A DNA stretch of 64,000 nucleotides, taken from positions 17-64,016 of the forward strand of contig JABDNS010000108.1 of assembly GCA_013043705.1 (NCBI GenBank), read 5' to 3'. A model generated the notes under the pieces. That model made no database searches. It was not told the origin of the DNA and was given only the letters and a program-made list of their open reading frames with translations. The DNA comes from Pseudomonadales bacterium (GTDB taxonomy: Bacteria; Pseudomonadota; Gammaproteobacteria; Pseudomonadales; UBA7434). Position 1 is the stretch's first letter. Each line of letters begins with the position of its first letter. Positions 59,533-64,000 of this stretch are shown here, piece by piece. Made by a program: the position numbers and the translations under genes.

Positions 59533-60549
59533 TTATTGGCGATATCCCTGCGGGTTTTGCGACTGCCAGCGCCAGGTATCCTCCATCATGCGCTCCAGGC
59601 CTAGCTCTGCGCGCCAACCCAGTTTTTCGGCCGCCAATGCCGGGTCGGCGTAACACTGCGCCGCATCACCGGGGCGCCGCGCAACAATTTTATACGGAAC
59701 CGGTTTATCGGCGGCGGCGGCGAAGGCCTTGACCATTTCCAGCACCGAATAACCCTGCCCGGTGCCGAGATTGTAGGCAACCGTGCCAGGTGTTTGCACA
59801 ATATGACTCAGTGCCGCCAGGTGACCCTTGGCCAGGTCAACCACATGAATATAGTCGCGCACGCCAGTGCCATCGGGCGTGGCATAGTCACCACCATAGA
59901 TCGACAATTCTTGCAATCGGCCAATCGCAACCTGCGCTATAAAGGGCATCAGGTTATTCGGAATATCGTTAGGATCTTCACCTATTAGACCACTGGGGTG
60001 CGCACCCACCGGGTTGAAATAGCGCAACAACACCGATTGCCAACGCGAATCACTTTTACCCAGGTCAAAAAGAATTTGCTCGATTATCAACTTGGTGCGG
60101 CCATAAGGGTTTACCGCGGCAAGCGGAAAATCTTCTTTTATCGGCAAACTGGCCGGGTCGCCGTAAACTGTGGCCGACGAGCTAAAAACAATATTGAAAA
60201 CCTCGTGGCGCTGCATAGCTTGCAGTAAAACCACGGTGCCATTAACGTTATTGTCGAAATATTTGAGCGGCTCGGCAACCGATTCACCCACCGCCTTCAG
60301 GCCCGCGAAATGCACTACCGCATTGATACTGTAGCGTGAAAATATATCGTTTAAGGCCGCCGAATCGCGGATATCAGCCCGGACAAAATCGAGCGTACGA
60401 CCCGAAATTTCCTGCACGCGATCGAGCGCACAGGCATCGCTATTGCAGAGGTTGTCGACCACAACCAGGTCGTAACCTTCGTTAAGGAGCTCTACACAAG
60501 TGTGGCTGCCGATAAAACCGGCGCCCCCGGTAACCAAAACTGTTTTCAT
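59533..60549 (-). CDS. galE: UDP-glucose 4-epimerase
   Basis: The N-terminus reads MKTVLVTGGAGFIGSH, the catalytic segment is YGRTK and LRYFNPVGAHPSG follows. Confidence 0.93.
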   Translation of the reverse strand: MKTVLVTGGAGFIGSHTCVELLNEGYDLVVVDNLCNSDACALDRVQEISGRTLDFVRADIRDSAALNDIFSRYSINAVVHFAGLKAVGESVAEPLKYFDNNVNGTVVLLQAMQRHEVFNIVFSSSATVYGDPASLPIKEDFPLAAVNPYGRTKLIIEQILFDLGKSDSRWQSVLLRYFNPVGAHPSGLIGEDPNDIPNNLMPFIAQVAIGRLQELSIYGGDYATPDGTGVRDYIHVVDLAKGHLAALSHIVQTPGTVAYNLGTGQGYSVLEMVKAFAAAADKPVPYKIVARRPGDAAQCYADPALAAEKLGWRAELGLERMMEDTWRWQSQNPQGYRQ

Positions 60550-60882
60550 GAACTATTCCTGATTGCGCCTTTAACTCAAGTAGTGCGAACGATCTAAAGT
60601 AGTGCGAAAGCAACGGGCACATGGAAGCACCCATACTCACCATTCATTATAAACCAATGGCGTTTTTTCACGCTCGGTAGCTCCGCGCGGCACCTTATCT
60701 TAATACTAGCGTATACTGCCGAGCCGGACTTGTGGGCTGATGTTTTCACGCAAAAAAACTGCTTCCACCGCGTGCAACGCCATGCCGGTATCAAGCAAGC
60801 ACTGTCGCCCGCAAGCTTGCCACCAACAAACATTGCAACCGCGACATTGAATAAGCCAACAGCAAAACACGAGCCAGCCAAC

Positions 60883-62025
60883 ATGCCGCGGATTAGCCTG
60901 CCCGCCATGCACTTTGCGCCCGAGGACTACGCCGGGCAACTAAAGCTAAAAAGCCAACGGCTGCAGGCACTGCTGAACCCGTTTGGCTGCCCGGCGCTGG
61001 AAATTCACGCCTCGCCAAAAATCGGCTTTCGAATGCGCGCGGAGTTTAGGCTCTGGCACGAGCGCAGCACTGGCAGCAAAACCGATAAACGCTGCTATTT
61101 CGCCATGTTCGACCCTGCCGAGCCAAAACAGCCCATTGAAATAACAGAATACCCGATAGCGTGCAGCACTATTAGTCAATGCATGGCACCGTTGCTTGAA
61201 GCAATCAATGCCAGCGCAGTGCTGGCGCGAAAACTATTCCAGGTTGAATTTCTTGCCAGTCGCAGCAACGAGCTACTGGTAACACTGGTATACCACCGCC
61301 AGCTGGATGAAAACTGGCAGGCTGAGGCCACATTATTGGCTAACAAACTAAACGCTTCGATTATTGGCAGGGCGCGCAAGCAGCGCATTGTTTTGCAACG
61401 CGACCACGTTTACGAAACGCTCGCTGTGCAGGGGCAGGCGTTTCGCTATGAGCAGTGCGAAAACAGCTTTACCCAGCCAAATGCGAGCATCAATGAAGCC
61501 ATGATCAACTGGGCGGTAACGCATGCGCGTGGTATCGATAGCGTCGAAATTCGCGACCTGCTGGAAATGTATTGCGGCAACGGCAACTTTAGCTTGCCAC
61601 TGGCGCGCGTTTTCAGGCAAGTTCTCGGCACCGAAATCTCGAAAACCAGCATTGCCTCGGCCAAGCGCAATGCGCAGTACAACCGGGTGAAAAATATCAG
61701 CTTTGTACGCCTGAGTGGCGAAGAAACCGCAACCGCGCTGCGCGGTGAGCGTGAATTTCGCCGCCTCGCCAACATCTCGCTGGCCGACTATGATTTTTGC
61801 ACCGTACTAGTCGACCCGCCGCGAGCGGGCTTAGACTCGAAAACACTCGAATTTATTGCGGGCTTCGACAACATTATTTATATTTCCTGCAACCCCCAAT
61901 CGCTGGCGGAGAATATGTCGCTGCTGGGCAAAAGCCACCGTATTACCAGCGGCGCGTTGTTCGACCAGTTCCCGTACACCGATCACTGTGAAGCGGGCGT
62001 TTTTTTAGCAAGGCGCGCTCAATAG
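60883..62025 (+). CDS. trmA: tRNA (uracil54-C5)-methyltransferase
   Basis: It is collinear with E. coli TrmA ([47 protein letters not shown]). The start is trimmed to 60883; 60907 is an alternative. Confidence 0.9.
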   Translation: MPRISLPAMHFAPEDYAGQLKLKSQRLQALLNPFGCPALEIHASPKIGFRMRAEFRLWHERSTGSKTDKRCYFAMFDPAEPKQPIEITEYPIACSTISQCMAPLLEAINASAVLARKLFQVEFLASRSNELLVTLVYHRQLDENWQAEATLLANKLNASIIGRARKQRIVLQRDHVYETLAVQGQAFRYEQCENSFTQPNASINEAMINWAVTHARGIDSVEIRDLLEMYCGNGNFSLPLARVFRQVLGTEISKTSIASAKRNAQYNRVKNISFVRLSGEETATALRGEREFRRLANISLADYDFCTVLVDPPRAGLDSKTLEFIAGFDNIIYISCNPQSLAENMSLLGKSHRITSGALFDQFPYTDHCEAGVFLARRAQ

Positions 62026-62042
62026 CAAAGGGGAAGCAAACA

Positions 62043-62345
62043 ATGAAAAAAGCCACGCGCATGAGCAGCACCCAAATAGAAGCGGCATTGGCTTTACTGC
62101 CGAACTGGAAACTACAAGGCAAGCACATTCAACGCGAATTTGTTTTTGATGATTTTGTGACTGCGTTTGGCTTTATGAGCCAGGTTGCCTTGTTAGCCGA
62201 GCGTTGCAACCATCACCCCGAGTGGTCGAACGTTTACAACAGGGTCGATATCTCGCTAAGCACGCACGACTGCGGCGGTCTTAGCGAGCGGGATTTTTTG
62301 CTAGCTGGCGAGATCGATGCGCTGGCGCTGGCCAACCACCTTTAA
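62043..62345 (+). CDS. phhB: Pterin-4-alpha-carbinolamine dehydratase
   Basis: The 100-aa ORF contains F.F.DF..AF.FM..VA..AE..NHHPEW.NVYN.V. Confidence 0.88.
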   Translation: MKKATRMSSTQIEAALALLPNWKLQGKHIQREFVFDDFVTAFGFMSQVALLAERCNHHPEWSNVYNRVDISLSTHDCGGLSERDFLLAGEIDALALANHL

Positions 62346-63713
62346 CGCGGCAACCCGGTAGGCCTCGGCAAGGGTTGGGAAGTTAAAGATGTTTTCAACC
62401 AGGCTATCCACACTAGCGTGGTGCAATAATGCCATCTGGCCAATATGAATAAGCTCGGTAGCGCCCTCACCCACAATATGCACGCCTAAAATTCTATTGC
62501 CTGCCGCATCGGCCACAATCTTTAGCATGCCTTCCTGCAGGTCGGAGATCTGCCCGCGTGCTATCTCACCGAAGTGCGCATGGCCAACGCTTACATCGCC
62601 GTATTGCGCGCGCGCTTGCTGTTCGGTTAAGCCCACCGAAGATATTTCGGGGATTGCGTAAATGCCCATAGGCATAGTGTTGGTCATCTCTGCCAGGTCA
62701 ACGCCCAGCGCGGCACAACTGGCACGTCGCCCCTGCTCCATTGAAGCGGAAGCCAAAGAGGGTGCGCCAATGACATCGCCGGCGGCATAAATATGCGCCA
62801 CCGCTGTGCGGCAGTGCGCATCGACCTCGATGACACTGCGCTCGCTTAGCGCAAGCCCTGCTGCAGCCAGGTTCAAGCCATCTACATTGGCAACGCGCCC
62901 CGCTGCAGACAATAGTTTATCGCTTTCGATTATGGTGCCACAGCTTAAGGTGGTAACCACCTTGTCGAGCCCGTTCCAAGCCACCGAGGTGATGTCAGTT
63001 GCCCCAAGGAAGCGACCGCCATTGGCTTCGAAAGCCGCAATAAAACGATCGGTAAGGTCGCTATCGAGAAAGCCCAGTGGCCGCGGATACTTGTCGATCA
63101 TGGTTACCGAAACGCCCAGCGCCAGGAAAATCGACGCGTACTCACTAGCGATAACACCGCCGCCAAGTACGGTAAGTGAACGGGGCAAATAAACCAGGCT
63201 GAGAATCGAATCGCTATCGTAAATATTTTCGTGATCAACCGGCACATTCTCTGCCTGGCGCGGGTAGGAGCCGGTAGCGATCACAAAATTTGCTGCGCTC
63301 AGCGTTCCAAGTTCGCCGCCTGGCGCAACGATTTCCAATGTATGCGCATCACTGAAACTGGCTTTGCCATGAAAGTGATCAATGGCGTTCCTGGATAGCT
63401 GCGCATTAATATAATGATCGTGCGACTTCACCACGCTATCGAGATTGCTGAGCAAGGAATCCATCGCCAGGTCGTCGCGCAGCGAGAAAGAAAACACGTC
63501 CTGGTGCGCGCGTAGCTGGGAAATGCGCAACGCATTTTCGCGCAGCGTTTTGCTGGGGATAGTGCCACGGTGTACGCAGTGGCCGCCAACGTACTTGTCG
63601 CGCTCAATCATTGCCACGCGCTTGCCGGCCTTGGCACCCTGTATCGCTGCCTTTTGCCCTGCAGGCCCACTGCCGATTACGGCAATATCGTAGTCATACT
63701 GTTGCATGGTCAT
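62301..63713 (-). CDS. sthA: Soluble pyridine nucleotide transhydrogenase (Si-specific)
   Basis: [14 protein letters not shown] is followed by the second dinucleotide fold [10 protein letters not shown] and the C-terminal [12 protein letters not shown]. The start is 63713 or 63707. Confidence 0.9.
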   Translation of the reverse strand: MTMQQYDYDIAVIGSGPAGQKAAIQGAKAGKRVAMIERDKYVGGHCVHRGTIPSKTLRENALRISQLRAHQDVFSFSLRDDLAMDSLLSNLDSVVKSHDHYINAQLSRNAIDHFHGKASFSDAHTLEIVAPGGELGTLSAANFVIATGSYPRQAENVPVDHENIYDSDSILSLVYLPRSLTVLGGGVIASEYASIFLALGVSVTMIDKYPRPLGFLDSDLTDRFIAAFEANGGRFLGATDITSVAWNGLDKVVTTLSCGTIIESDKLLSAAGRVANVDGLNLAAAGLALSERSVIEVDAHCRTAVAHIYAAGDVIGAPSLASASMEQGRRASCAALGVDLAEMTNTMPMGIYAIPEISSVGLTEQQARAQYGDVSVGHAHFGEIARGQISDLQEGMLKIVADAAGNRILGVHIVGEGATELIHIGQMALLHHASVDSLVENIFNFPTLAEAYRVAALKVVGQRQRIDLAS

Positions 63714-63811
63714 TCTGTCCGTTGCTGTTTTTCGCGACAAAGCTTGTAAATACTGTTTTCAACACGTTTTCTGGCTAATCGGTAGCAATATCATCTTTAC
63801 TGCCCGCTACG

Positions 63812-64000
63812 CTAAATTGTCATGGTATCCAGTAGCGACTGCACTCCCTCAACCTGGCCCTGTAGCCGCGAGAGATCCTCTTGATAAAAATTCAGGTCGC
63901 GAAAAATGCCATTGCTGGAAAGCACTGCTTCGATATCCTGCTCGTTAAAGCCTGCAACGCTAACGTTGGCAAGCTCACGACCGGCGTGAACCACCATCAC
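63812..64000 (-). CDS. C-terminal fragment of an unidentified protein (gene continues beyond the right edge)
   Basis: The frame is open to the window edge and ends ...LSRLQGQVEGVQSLLDTMTI. No family was recognised. Confidence 0.3.
   Translation of the reverse strand: MMVVHAGRELANVSVAGFNEQDIEAVLSSNGIFRDLNFYQEDLSRLQGQVEGVQSLLDTMTI

Overview
This is a chromosomal segment from a moderately GC-rich gammaproteobacterium. From memory, gene order closely tracks the Pseudomonas aeruginosa blocks tig-clpP-clpX-lon-hupB-ppiD, etfBA/ETF-QO, and pilZ-holB-tmk-mltG-pabC-fabF-acpP-fabG-fabD-rpmF-yceD-maf-sppA-HAD-rluC-rne. The window is densely coding and mostly housekeeping: recA/recX, an RND efflux pair, queD, galE, trmA, sthA, dsbD and four tRNAs (Asp, Val, Leu, Ser). 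I saw no CRISPR array, transposase, integrase or rRNA. The parts that look accessory or odd are listed here. (1) A visibly AT-richer signalling cluster lies downstream of tRNA-Ser. It contains a histidine kinase whose membrane domain resembles the plant ETR1 ethylene-binding domain (Cys/His pair conserved), a lone receiver, an intact REC-GGDEF cyclase, and a divergent pseudo-receiver/degenerate GGDEF that keeps its I-site. (2) Three tandem copies of the phage T7 promoter core, ending in GGGAG, sit in an unusually long recA leader next to an AT-rich orphan membrane gene. (3) A cytoplasmic GH84 (O-GlcNAcase-like) gene is followed by a candidate terminator-bounded sRNA. (4) There are several departures from Pseudomonas synteny (no plsX, an inserted two-component system) and several operator-like repeats. 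All family assignments come from reading the translations and recalling motifs; no search was run.
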